This document shows positions 18,061-27,210 of a DNA stretch of 58,908 nt, in pieces; position 1 is the first letter of the stretch; each line of letters starts with the position of its first letter. Location: the NCBI GenBank assembly GCA_964409225.1, contig CAYPCM010000003.1:1-58908 (forward strand), in the 5' to 3' direction. Both the position numbers and the translations under genes were made by a program. The notes below the pieces were generated by a model that saw nothing but the letters and a program-made list of their open reading frames with translations, searched no databases and was not told the origin of the DNA. This DNA is from an uncultured Candidatus Saccharibacteria bacterium. GTDB lineage: Bacteria > Patescibacteriota > Minisyncoccia > JACPXH01.

Positions 18061-19080
18061 CTACGCCTCCAACTGGCGGTAAAACTCAACGTACCGCGCC
18101 ACGCCATCTTCGAGCGCGAACTTGGGGTTGTAGCCAAGCGTCTTTCTCGCACGGCTGATGTCGAGGGTGCCGCGCTCGGGGCGCTTGACCGGATCTTCGC
18201 CCGCGAGTTTGATCTTCAGATTGGGAAGGTGATGCCGGACTATCTCGGATAACTCCAAAAGAGTCCGACCCTGCCCCCGCGTCAAATTGAATGTACCGCC
18301 CGCGGCCGCGGGGAGAGTGGCAGCGAGATAAAACCCTTCGGCCACATCTTCAACAAAAGTGAAATCGAGCCGTGAGGTGCCAGCATTAAACAGGGTTACT
18401 TCGCGGCCTTCTAGGCCGGACTCGATCACACGCTGCACGATCCGCCGGTTGCAGTCCGTGGGCCCGTAGACCGCCGATGGTCGGATAACCACCATTTCCA
18501 ACCCGAACATCGTCTGGAAGGAACTCGCAAGAATTTCACCGGCGAGTTTGGTGGCCCCGTACGTCTCGAGAGGCCTGGTGGGATGGTCTTCGGCCGCGGG
18601 GTTGCCTGAAGTGAAATCTCCGTACGCCATGCTCGAAGAGGTGTAAACCACGCGCCTAACCGCACCGTTCAAATCTTTGGCGGCAGTCAGGATGTTTGTA
18701 GTCCCCTGCAGATTGATGGCGAACATATCCTCGATGAAGCGCTTGGAGGCATCGGCAATCGGGATCGCCGCCAGATGCACAATCACGTTGGGGCGATCCT
18801 GCTCGAGGCTGCGCCGGAGCAGCGAAACGTTGCGGATGTCACCTTCGATAACGGTGAGCGCTTCGGTGCCGAGGGGATTGTTCTCAAGCGCCTGACGGAG
18901 CCTGGCGAGTCGCAAGTTGAGAAACTGGTGGTACCGGGGATTATCCCACGGCGGCAGGAAGGATTTGAAGGCATCGTAGATAACCACCCGGTGCCCGACC
19001 GCGAGCAATTTGGCGGCCAGGTGACTCCCAATAAGCCCGGCGCCGCCGGTGATAAAGAATGTCTCGGCTTTGTCCGTCAC
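18061..19080 (-). CDS. NAD-dependent epimerase/dehydratase (extended SDR)
   Basis: GGAGLIG, TSSSMAYG and YGATK motifs. GTG start at 19080 with AAGGA SD and GTGA overlap. Confidence 0.9.
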   Translation of the reverse strand: MTDKAETFFITGGAGLIGSHLAAKLLAVGHRVVIYDAFKSFLPPWDNPRYHQFLNLRLARLRQALENNPLGTEALTVIEGDIRNVSLLRRSLEQDRPNVIVHLAAIPIADASKRFIEDMFAINLQGTTNILTAAKDLNGAVRRVVYTSSSMAYGDFTSGNPAAEDHPTRPLETYGATKLAGEILASSFQTMFGLEMVVIRPSAVYGPTDCNRRIVQRVIESGLEGREVTLFNAGTSRLDFTFVEDVAEGFYLAATLPAAAGGTFNLTRGQGRTLLELSEIVRHHLPNLKIKLAGEDPVKRPERGTLDISRARKTLGYNPKFALEDGVARYVEFYRQLEA

Positions 19081-20696
19081 GTTGGCATTCCTTTCAAGAC
19101 ATAGATGCACCCCTCATTGGCCAGTACGACCCGCCTCACAACTTCAGCCGCGGGCAATTCCAGACACTTGCGGCTGACCACGATCGGAGCGGTAAACTCA
19201 CGAGCTACGCGTATCAGCTCCAAGCCGCCTTCGCCGTACGCGCGTTTGACCGCTTGGTAGCGGCGGTGCCACTCCAGCATCGTATCAGAACCGAGCGAGT
19301 AGGCAAACGCCCGATCCCGACTCTGAACCACTACCGGCCGGCGCGTGCAGATGCGCATAGCCGCCCACAGGTCGGGATCGTGCAGGATAGCACCGGGAGG
19401 AATATCCGCCTTGGCGAGCGCCCGATACATGTCAGCGTCACAAGTATGGTAACTATAGGCAGGGTGGAGCCGGCGATCCACCCAGTTTGTAAGACGCGCT
19501 TTCAGCCCCCAAGCCGCCACGACCAGCAAGACCAGGAAAACTCCGCCGAACACTTTCGCGCGTGGTCTTGTGAACCACCCGGCGAACTCAGGCCAGAACC
19601 GAGCGAGGAACAACGCCAGGTACGGCAGGAACACGAGATAGACATACTGCAGCCCGCGCGGTTGGTTCCAAAACGGAATTTTGTACCAAACATAAAGCCG
19701 AAAAATTTGGACGAGTGCGAAGGCCGCGTTAAAGACGAACGTGGCAACGAGAAACAAAAGGGCAAACCGATCGAAGACCGAGACCCCCTCCCGCCGGTGC
19801 CACCAACGCACCGCCGCCATCGCCGCCACGAACGGCCAAAACGCATACCACTGATTAAAAATCCAATACCTTAAGCTCCGCGCAAGCCCGGGGAGGGTGG
19901 TGTGGTGCGCCACGGCTAAAACTGCAGCGCGCGCGTCGGGATCGACTGGATTGAAGGCGGTCAGGTGCTGGACGCCTGGCACGTAGTGGGTGGTGAGGTA
20001 GGGAGCGCTCGCGAGTACGCTCACCAGCCCCGCGATCGTCACAAAACGCAAGGTTCTCCAACTCAAACCTTGCCAGAATACATAGGTAAGCATAAACGCT
20101 CCCACAATGTTAAAGGCGGTGATGATATGGAGGTTGCCCATGAGACCGGCGACCAGAAACACCAACAGCATTGTTCGTTCATCGGCGCGCGCGAGAGCTA
20201 AGAAAAACGCGAGGAACATTAGCGGCAGGATGGCCTGGTACAACGTCCAGGGATCAAGCCCAGACGGGCCAGGCAGACCCCACTCGGCGGTAAAAATGTA
20301 AAGGTGCCAGTTGGCAATGAAAGCAACGAACAGACTCACCGGCGCATTACCGGTGAGTCGCCAGTTGAGTTCGAAGAAACTGACGGTAAAAATCGCAAAC
20401 ACCACCGGCAGGAGCGCCCAGATCGCCACTTCATCGCTCCTAAACAGCCGTCCCAGCCACGCGAAAAACTGAAAAGCGAAGTGGTTATCCACGAGCGCAC
20501 GTTTGGGGTTGCCCAAAAGGTAATCCTGACTAAAGGGGTTGGGCTGGGCTTCGGCCATGACTACAAGCGTACGATCGATCTGGTCGTGCGTGAGACGATT
20601 GGGCCGCGCGAAAAAAAGCAAGGTGAGGCCCGCCACCGCAACGAGCGCGTAAACCAGGGCGCGCACCTGCCAGCGCTGGAGGGAGTTTACGCGCAT
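19077..20696 (-). CDS. Multipass membrane protein, putative GT-C-fold transferase
   Basis: About 11-12 TMs; acidic first loop (HDQIDR...FSQDYLL); soluble C-terminal domain; glycan-locus context. Family assignment is tentative. Confidence 0.55.
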   Translation of the reverse strand: MRVNSLQRWQVRALVYALVAVAGLTLLFFARPNRLTHDQIDRTLVVMAEAQPNPFSQDYLLGNPKRALVDNHFAFQFFAWLGRLFRSDEVAIWALLPVVFAIFTVSFFELNWRLTGNAPVSLFVAFIANWHLYIFTAEWGLPGPSGLDPWTLYQAILPLMFLAFFLALARADERTMLLVFLVAGLMGNLHIITAFNIVGAFMLTYVFWQGLSWRTLRFVTIAGLVSVLASAPYLTTHYVPGVQHLTAFNPVDPDARAAVLAVAHHTTLPGLARSLRYWIFNQWYAFWPFVAAMAAVRWWHRREGVSVFDRFALLFLVATFVFNAAFALVQIFRLYVWYKIPFWNQPRGLQYVYLVFLPYLALFLARFWPEFAGWFTRPRAKVFGGVFLVLLVVAAWGLKARLTNWVDRRLHPAYSYHTCDADMYRALAKADIPPGAILHDPDLWAAMRICTRRPVVVQSRDRAFAYSLGSDTMLEWHRRYQAVKRAYGEGGLELIRVAREFTAPIVVSRKCLELPAAEVVRRVVLANEGCIYVLKGMPT

Positions 20697-21442
20697 GTGA
20701 GGTAGTAGGCGCTCTGACCGTCGGTTTCTTGGCCGTAGTCGAAGCGGTGCACCTTGAGGCCGACAGCTGTCACCAGCCCTTCAAAAAACTGCTGCTCGTA
20801 GCGCACGCAGTGCAACGTCCCCTGCCAAACGCGCCTGTACCCTGGCGGGTTGACCGTCACCCCCGGAACCCCCGACTCAACAAAGGCGGTCAAGAATACG
20901 ATGCCGTTTGCAGCCAGCAGCCGCCGGAACTCCTGGAGGTACGCGCACACGTCTCGGACCATCATGTGGGAGAAAACCGAGTAAAGGTAGATAATATCGA
21001 AGGATTGATCGCCGAAAGGGAACCGAAAGTGTTCATTCAAGGGGCGGCCCGTCGGGTTGTAGCGCGGGTTCGCCAGATCTAAGTGCATGAAAGTACCAGA
21101 GGGGTGCGCGGGGGCGAGATAGTTCTCGCACCAGCGGATCGCGCCAGCATGCACATCAACCCCACAGTAACGTGCGATCTCCCCGACCCGGTCGGAAATG
21201 CCAATAGCAAGACGTCCCACCCCGCAACCCACATCTAAAACTCGACTCAGACGCTGCAGGCCGCAGTGACGGATGAGTCGATCAGCTTCGGCTCTCGCCG
21301 AAGCGAGAAACTGCGCCTCGGTCCGGAAATGTGTCCCGCCGAACCGAAGGTGGCGCGCCGGCAGGTACCTGCCTTCATACCAAACCGCTTGGGGCCGAAA
21401 GAGATTCCGCAGACGCTGCAGCGGGACGAAAAGACGGCGCAT
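20687..21442 (-). CDS. Class I SAM-dependent methyltransferase
   Basis: VLDVGCGVGR, GVDV and YSVFSHM motifs. Confidence 0.88.
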   Translation of the reverse strand: MRRLFVPLQRLRNLFRPQAVWYEGRYLPARHLRFGGTHFRTEAQFLASARAEADRLIRHCGLQRLSRVLDVGCGVGRLAIGISDRVGEIARYCGVDVHAGAIRWCENYLAPAHPSGTFMHLDLANPRYNPTGRPLNEHFRFPFGDQSFDIIYLYSVFSHMMVRDVCAYLQEFRRLLAANGIVFLTAFVESGVPGVTVNPPGYRRVWQGTLHCVRYEQQFFEGLVTAVGLKVHRFDYGQETDGQSAYYLTCA

Positions 21443-21446
21443 GGAG

Positions 21447-22784
21447 TTACGCTTCTTTGAGGCGCTGGAAGCGCCGGCGGAGCACGAGGAGGCTTACCGC
21501 TGTAGAAGCAAACGCATAGAGATCAACGAGCATCGCGGCCCCAATCTCTTGCCAGCGGGCGATGAAAAAGTAGCCTGCGGGCGTTAATACGACGAGCGCG
21601 ACCGCATTCGTATAGATGAGATTTTGAACCCGATCGAGCGCTCTAAACACCGGACCGATCCCCACGGCAAACCCCGAGGTGATGGCGAAGGGAACCAAGG
21701 CGTACACAACAAGAGCGGCGGCGCGGTACGAAGATCCGTAAACGAGTCCGATGAGCGGGGCGGCGGCCGCTGCAGCCGCGATAGTGGCGCCGGAACTCGC
21801 GAGACCACTCCAGATCGTACTCTGGCGAAAGTGAACTCGCAGACGTTCGATTCCAACTACCAAGGACTGCGGCAACTGAACCTGGAGCAGCCGAGAGATG
21901 ACACCCATGAGACGCCCGAGCAACTGAACGTAACTGAACGCAATCTTATAGTACCCCGCGACCCTAAGAGGCGCCAAAGACCCCAGCAGCATCACCGGCA
22001 AAGTGTAGAACAGATTCGAAATGTTTTTGTCGAGCGAAATTTTGATGCTAAAACGCAGATGCGAACGCAAACGAACATCAAAGCGGGCGCGCCAAACCTC
22101 TGCCAAACTCGGCAATAGCGCATCGGTGCGCTGCAGCCGCCGATACAACCAAACAGAGATAACGAGCATGACCGCCATGGCAACAAATTGTCCCGCGACC
22201 ACTCCGACCAACCCCTGGCCAGCAATGACGAACCCAATGGGCAAAAATGCCAGCAGCGCCTTGTTGCCGTTTTCGAACATCGTCAACACCGTCATACGAC
22301 GCTGCACCTGCAACACGATCGTGGTCAGGAAGAAAAGTGAAGCAACGAGCTGCCCGGCGAGCAACGGAACGGCAAGCAGCCCCATCCGGGAGCTCCCGTA
22401 GAGCGCTTGTGCCAGACCGACTGACCCCACCATGACTGGTACGCCGATCGCGAAAAAAATGAACCGCCAGGCCTTCACGAAAAAAGCGACGATTTCGACG
22501 ATCGTACTCCGATCGCGCCGACCATAAGCACTCGAGAGTAGCGTAATCGTGGCGTACCCCACCCCGAGATCAAATGGAATGCTCACGAGCGCAACAAAAG
22601 CGGTGAGCACCGCGTATTCGCCGAACGTCTGCGGGCCGAGCACACGCGCAAACACCGCTGAAGAGACCACCCCGAGGAGTGCCGAGAAGACCGTGCCCGC
22701 CTGCAGGGTCGCGACGTCCCGCACGAACCGATGCTGCGCAAAAATCCGCGCTTGATCGCTTAAGCGCCCGAGAAATTTCGTCAT
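21447..22784 (-). CDS. Wzx/MATE-like oligosaccharide flippase
   Basis: About 12 TMs; ARVLGPQTFGEY and VAGYYKIA motifs typical of polysaccharide exporters. Confidence 0.85.
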   Translation of the reverse strand: MTKFLGRLSDQARIFAQHRFVRDVATLQAGTVFSALLGVVSSAVFARVLGPQTFGEYAVLTAFVALVSIPFDLGVGYATITLLSSAYGRRDRSTIVEIVAFFVKAWRFIFFAIGVPVMVGSVGLAQALYGSSRMGLLAVPLLAGQLVASLFFLTTIVLQVQRRMTVLTMFENGNKALLAFLPIGFVIAGQGLVGVVAGQFVAMAVMLVISVWLYRRLQRTDALLPSLAEVWRARFDVRLRSHLRFSIKISLDKNISNLFYTLPVMLLGSLAPLRVAGYYKIAFSYVQLLGRLMGVISRLLQVQLPQSLVVGIERLRVHFRQSTIWSGLASSGATIAAAAAAAPLIGLVYGSSYRAAALVVYALVPFAITSGFAVGIGPVFRALDRVQNLIYTNAVALVVLTPAGYFFIARWQEIGAAMLVDLYAFASTAVSLLVLRRRFQRLKEA

Positions 22785-23929
22785 GCGCGGGGAGCGACAA
22801 GCTGCTCGCGGCTGATGAAATCTCTAGTGACATTCCACACCTGCTCGACCGAAATTGCCATAATGGCCGGATCACGCTCGGGACTGTCAGGAGCAGCCAT
22901 CATGGTAAGACTTGGTGCGATCCCCTCGGCGTGAACCACGGCGAACCGGCCGAGTGGCGTTTGCGAACGGATGTCGTGGGGGCCCGCGATGTCAATGACC
23001 GGCACCCCGACGGCATCAGCCATATAGAGGGGGCCAGTGTCCACGCTGATAAATAACGACAGGCGCTTCAACAGTGCGGATAGATCGCCCAGCGCAAACG
23101 CACCCGCAGCGGAAACTGCCTTATCTTTGTGGCGCATCGCTCGCTCGGCCACCGCAATCGCCGCTGCGTCTCCAGCAGAGCCGATCCAAACAATCTTGGC
23201 GCCGTACTGTTCAATGAGCAGATCCCCGAGTGCGCCGAACCGCTCTGGCGGCCACTCCTTGTTCGATTTGCCTGCAGCAACAGCAATGCCTACACACGGA
23301 TGGGCGCCCCCGAGGGCATGCTCGATTAGGAACCGCTCGGCGCGCGCAACGGCGGCATCACTCGGAAAAAGCTCGCGCGGATCGTCGCACTGAACCGAAC
23401 CCACAAGGCTCAACATGCGACAGTAGTGCGCAGCGGCAGAGGTCCGCAATTCATACGACACGTAATGGTTCGCGAACGCGAGAGCCGAGCGAGTAAGCCG
23501 CGGAAGCTGCGGAATGAGAGTCATGGCACGGTTCGGAATTCCGGCAAGGACCCCAATAATCACCCCGATCGCCGCAGGAGTGAACACCAATACCCAGTGG
23601 TAGCCGTGCTGGCGGATCTTCCGGATGAGCTTCAGTTTCCCCTTGAGCCCAGGTTCGTCGTTGAACAGCCATACGTCATCCACATACGGATTGCCCGAAA
23701 GGAGAGGCGCGACAAAGGCGGTTACTGCAACGCCAAGATCTGCATCTGGCCACGTGCGCTTGATTGCCCGGAAGATCGGGGTTGTGCACACGACATCCCC
23801 GATTTTGCCGGTTTGCACGATCAAAATGCCGGGTTTGCCCTGGGCAGGTTGGCGTTTGCGCCAACGCGAGAACGGCAACAGCGCATAGGCGACGGCAACC
23901 AGAATAAAAAACTGCCATCGTTCAGACAT
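22781..23929 (-). CDS. Glycosyltransferase family 9 (heptosyltransferase-like)
   Basis: KIGDVVCTTP, KEWPPERF and FISVDTGPLYMADAVGVP motifs. Start at MSERW (23929). Confidence 0.88.
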   Translation of the reverse strand: MSERWQFFILVAVAYALLPFSRWRKRQPAQGKPGILIVQTGKIGDVVCTTPIFRAIKRTWPDADLGVAVTAFVAPLLSGNPYVDDVWLFNDEPGLKGKLKLIRKIRQHGYHWVLVFTPAAIGVIIGVLAGIPNRAMTLIPQLPRLTRSALAFANHYVSYELRTSAAAHYCRMLSLVGSVQCDDPRELFPSDAAVARAERFLIEHALGGAHPCVGIAVAAGKSNKEWPPERFGALGDLLIEQYGAKIVWIGSAGDAAAIAVAERAMRHKDKAVSAAGAFALGDLSALLKRLSLFISVDTGPLYMADAVGVPVIDIAGPHDIRSQTPLGRFAVVHAEGIAPSLTMMAAPDSPERDPAIMAISVEQVWNVTRDFISREQLVAPRA

Positions 23930-23989
23930 AGCAGAACATACAGTATCACAAGCCATCAAGAAAATGAAGGGTGTTTAAACCGACCGGAT

Positions 23990-24019
23990 TTGACATACCA
24001 CAAACGCACGTGCTATTAA
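23990..24019 (+). promoter_or_regulatory. Putative sigma70 promoter for the Nudix-kinase operon
   Basis: TTGACA (23990-95), 18-nt spacer, TGc-TATTAA; the -10 is imperfect. Confidence 0.5.
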
Positions 24020-24071
24020 GATAGATCGGAATGCACAGCAATTCTCTGGGCAAACGCCCAAGGAGGGAGCG

Positions 24072-24680
24072 ATGGCGATCGTATATGATGGGTTCGTTCA
24101 GGTTGAGCGAGACGAACGAGGATACGAGACCGTGCGAACGAGAAACAAGGGGTCGGTCGCGTTCCTCATCTGTGTAACCCCATATGCGCAAGTTCCTTAC
24201 CCATACCGAACCCGATTCGATCGATACGACGGAAACGTCATCCTCATCACCCAGCCGCGTCCGCCCATGGTAAGCCCGGAACACCCCGACGGTGCCGTGA
24301 TTGATGTGCCGGGCGAGCGGCTAGACAAACAGAATCTCACGATCAGGCAGCATGTCGTGGAGGGAGCGCGGGAGGAAGTCGGAGTTCGCATAGGCGATGA
24401 TGACCTTGTGGCGATACTCAACGACCAGCGCCCCCTTGCCGCATCCCCGGGCTTGCTCACCGAACGCACGTACCTTGCCTACGCAGAGGTGCGGCCGGAC
24501 GCGGTGGCCGAGGGTCAAGAGGAATTCGGCCTGCGCCAGGAGGGCGAGCGCATCAAGCGGCTCGTCGTGCCCGTGCGAGAGTTCTGCAAGATGCCGTGCG
24601 AGACCATGGCCGCGTGGGGCCTCCAACAGTGGTTCCTCCGGTACCTGTATTCGGATGACCTCGTCGGATGTTTCGACTAG
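24072..24680 (+). CDS. Nudix hydrolase, ADP-ribose/NDP-sugar pyrophosphatase-like, degenerate Nudix box
   Basis: QPRPP, VPGERLD...AREEVG and SPGLLTE motifs; AAGGAGG SD. Confidence 0.75.
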   Translation: MAIVYDGFVQVERDERGYETVRTRNKGSVAFLICVTPYAQVPYPYRTRFDRYDGNVILITQPRPPMVSPEHPDGAVIDVPGERLDKQNLTIRQHVVEGAREEVGVRIGDDDLVAILNDQRPLAASPGLLTERTYLAYAEVRPDAVAEGQEEFGLRQEGERIKRLVVPVREFCKMPCETMAAWGLQQWFLRYLYSDDLVGCFD

Positions 24681-24713
24681 GCACAATGCCACAAGACAGA
24701 AAGGAGGGAGACG

Positions 24714-25292
24714 GTGCAGTTCCAAATTCACATCGCCGGCACGAAACGTTCAGGCAAGACCACAAAGGCACAGATGATTCAGGAGGGCCTTGAACGCGCG
24801 GGTTGCCGTACGGTTATCCTCGAGGTTGACAATATTCGCCGAGCGCTTTTCGGACGACTCGACGAAATGGCCACGATTGGCTCGCCGGAGAACCTTGCTC
24901 TCCACCTGCGCGCACTCGTAGCGATGTTCGATGTCGCCATACCGGGTGCCCTCGAAGTGGGTGGAACGCCCATCGTCGTTACTACGCATTCCCGGAGACG
25001 ATTGTACGACACCGCCCGCAAGTGCGCACAGCAGCATGCCGTTCCTTTCCGCTTCATTATGCTGGAGTCGCCGCCGTATGAGGAGGTGCAGCGCCGGGCA
25101 ACGACCGATACAGGCTCTCTGTCCGATACGCGTGACTTCAACGATCCGGCGGTCACGGAGGAGTACTGGGTTTCCAGAAGAAGGCTCGAGGCAGAATACG
25201 CCGAGCTGGAAATAGGGAAGGATTTCTTCCTCCTTCCGCAGGGAACCCCGGAACAAATGACGGCAACAGCGCTCCGCTTCATCTTTGCCTGA
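24714..25292 (+). CDS. P-loop small-molecule/nucleotide kinase (AAA_33-like)
   Basis: Walker A GTKRSGKT and DNIRRAL motif; GTG start with AAGGAGG SD. Confidence 0.75.
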   Translation: MQFQIHIAGTKRSGKTTKAQMIQEGLERAGCRTVILEVDNIRRALFGRLDEMATIGSPENLALHLRALVAMFDVAIPGALEVGGTPIVVTTHSRRRLYDTARKCAQQHAVPFRFIMLESPPYEEVQRRATTDTGSLSDTRDFNDPAVTEEYWVSRRRLEAEYAELEIGKDFFLLPQGTPEQMTATALRFIFA

Positions 25293-25300
25293 CGCAATGC

Positions 25301-25337
25301 ACAGGCGCTGCCCCAGGGGGCAGCGCCTGTTTTCTTT
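25301..25337 (+). terminator. Intrinsic terminator
   Basis: 13-bp perfect stem ACAGGCGCTGCCC/GGGCAGCGCCTGT with a 4-nt loop, followed by TTTCTTT, 8 nt after the kinase stop. Confidence 0.85.
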
Positions 25338-25389
25338 GAGTACCCTCCCAGGTCGAACTCATTGCGTCCAAGCGGCAAAATCGCGCCAG

Positions 25390-25590
25390 AGCTGTACAAT
25401 TGACTGAGATGTCCTCGCGAGCAAGCGCACGGACCACGGAAAGATTCTGCTGACCGTTACGACTCACGTGAATTTTAATTGCAAGATGTTCGTACGCAAG
25501 CACCTCCCAGAGCTCGCGCGCCTAACGCATCATTGTCGTTTGATCGTCCGTGAACACCTTAACGCTCACCGAGGCCCCCCGGCCATCGCG
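25390..25590 (-). pseudogene. Degenerate transaldolase/FSA-family fragment
   Basis: Minus-strand frame RDGRGASVSVKVFTDDQTTMMR*ARELWEVLAYEHLAIKIHVSRNGQQNLSVVRALAREDISVNCTA resembles TalC/FSA (S.EVF....M..QAREL......VKIP.....L......G..VN.T). In-frame TAG at 25522-24; no start. Confidence 0.55.
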
Positions 25591-25610
25591 CCGCGCCAAA
25601 CCACCCGGAC

Positions 25611-26978
25611 TCAAGCAAAACGTTTGGCCACCATCCGAACAACGTGATTCCAGAAGGCCGGGTTTACCGGATAGAATTTGCCGAACCGAATCTGAAACTT
25701 CGCATGCCGCTGCCAGAAGCGCGCGGCTGCGGGAGAAAGTTCTGTATCCACTAACCCGGCATAATCCTCCACGTTATCCCAATTGACCTCGGCCTGCGGC
25801 TTAAGTTGCTTCAACCGTTCGTGCATCTCGGTGCCCAGATACGGGATCGTAAGGTTAAAGTTCATCGCGTCAATGTGGTGCTTGGCCAGAAACGCCATGG
25901 TCTCACGAATCGTCTCCTTGGTTTCACCCGGGGCATTGATGAGCGCGTACATCCCAAGTTTGATGCCGAGCGTTCGCGTAAATTCAATCGCCGTTTCCAA
26001 GTCCTGAATACGAATGGCTTTTTTAATCGAATTAAGCACCTTCTGGCTGCCGGATTCAAACCCGATATTCACCCGCACGCAGCCGGCATCCGCCATCTTC
26101 TTGATGAGATCCTTGAAGAAAAAGTCATTCGCCCGCACGTTGCAGCCCCACTTTAGTTTGATCCCCTCCCGGATGATCGTGTCGCACAGTTCGTGGACGC
26201 GGGGCTTATTGATCACAAACTCCCAGTCCTGGAAATAAACCGACTGCACGCCAAAGTTTTTCTGCAGGTACCTAATCTCATCGATCACGCTTTTGGTCGA
26301 ACGCCAAATGAATTTGTCTTTCGACATGACCTTGAGACAAAACGTGCAGTGGTACGGGCAGCCGCGACTGGTCAACATAATTGAAAAGGGTTGCGGGAGA
26401 TCGCCGAACGAGTAGCGGTACCGCTCCATGGGCAGCATGTCATAGGCAGGCAGCGGCAGCACATCGAGGTTCTCGATGCGGGGTTCATCTTCGGTGTGCA
26501 CGAACCCCTCACCATCCCGGAAAGAAATCCCCTTGACCGTCTTGGGGTCGCCGCCAGCTGACAACGTATTCACGAGGTTTTTTACGATCATCTCTGGCTC
26601 GCCCCGCACGACGTATTTCACGGCGCACTTGCGCAGCATCCATTCGGGCGTTACCGACCCGTGTGAACCGGTCAAAACCGTGTTTTCAATTCCGGCGCGG
26701 TCGATAAGCTCGTAAACCGAATCAATGTGTGAATTCGGACATTCCCAGCGGTTGACCGGCGTTGAGGTGAGCACAAAGACATCGGGCCGAAACGCCTCAA
26801 TCTCCTCGAGCGTACGGTCCACGTCATACCCCAGAATATTCGCGTCAAGCAGGCGCACCTCGTGATCATGGCGCAGCAAGGCCGCGATATACGCCATATC
26901 CAAGGGCTGGCGGTCGCGCACCGTCATGATGTTGTTTTTGCCCGCGTAGATCGCGGGGTTTAGCACAAAAATCCGCAT
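25611..26978 (-). CDS. B12-binding-domain radical SAM protein (class B methyltransferase-like)
   Basis: N-terminal cobalamin-binding-like domain; SRGCPYHCTFC (CxxxCxxC) and GFESGSQKVL motifs. Confidence 0.88.
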   Translation of the reverse strand: MRIFVLNPAIYAGKNNIMTVRDRQPLDMAYIAALLRHDHEVRLLDANILGYDVDRTLEEIEAFRPDVFVLTSTPVNRWECPNSHIDSVYELIDRAGIENTVLTGSHGSVTPEWMLRKCAVKYVVRGEPEMIVKNLVNTLSAGGDPKTVKGISFRDGEGFVHTEDEPRIENLDVLPLPAYDMLPMERYRYSFGDLPQPFSIMLTSRGCPYHCTFCLKVMSKDKFIWRSTKSVIDEIRYLQKNFGVQSVYFQDWEFVINKPRVHELCDTIIREGIKLKWGCNVRANDFFFKDLIKKMADAGCVRVNIGFESGSQKVLNSIKKAIRIQDLETAIEFTRTLGIKLGMYALINAPGETKETIRETMAFLAKHHIDAMNFNLTIPYLGTEMHERLKQLKPQAEVNWDNVEDYAGLVDTELSPAAARFWQRHAKFQIRFGKFYPVNPAFWNHVVRMVAKRFA

Positions 26979-27042
26979 TACCGTGGTTCCACTGCCCCCT
27001 CTATTGTAAGAGGACGGAGGGATAGGTGTAAAGGTAACGTAT

Positions 27043-27071
27043 TTGCTTTTAGTGTCAGATGATGCTAGGGT
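27043..27071 (+). promoter_or_regulatory. Putative sigma70 promoter for the RmlD-like gene
   Basis: TTGCTT, 17-nt spacer, TGc-TAGGGT. Confidence 0.45.
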
Positions 27072-27210
27072 AACTCTGACGTCGCGGATAGAAACCGCCG
27101 TAAAATTGAGAGAATATCGAAGGTGCCCGCAGGTTTATCGAAGTACGCTGCCTGGCTTCGTAACAACCGCTAACGCCTCGCTTCCACCATAGTATGGGAA
27201 AAACCGACCG

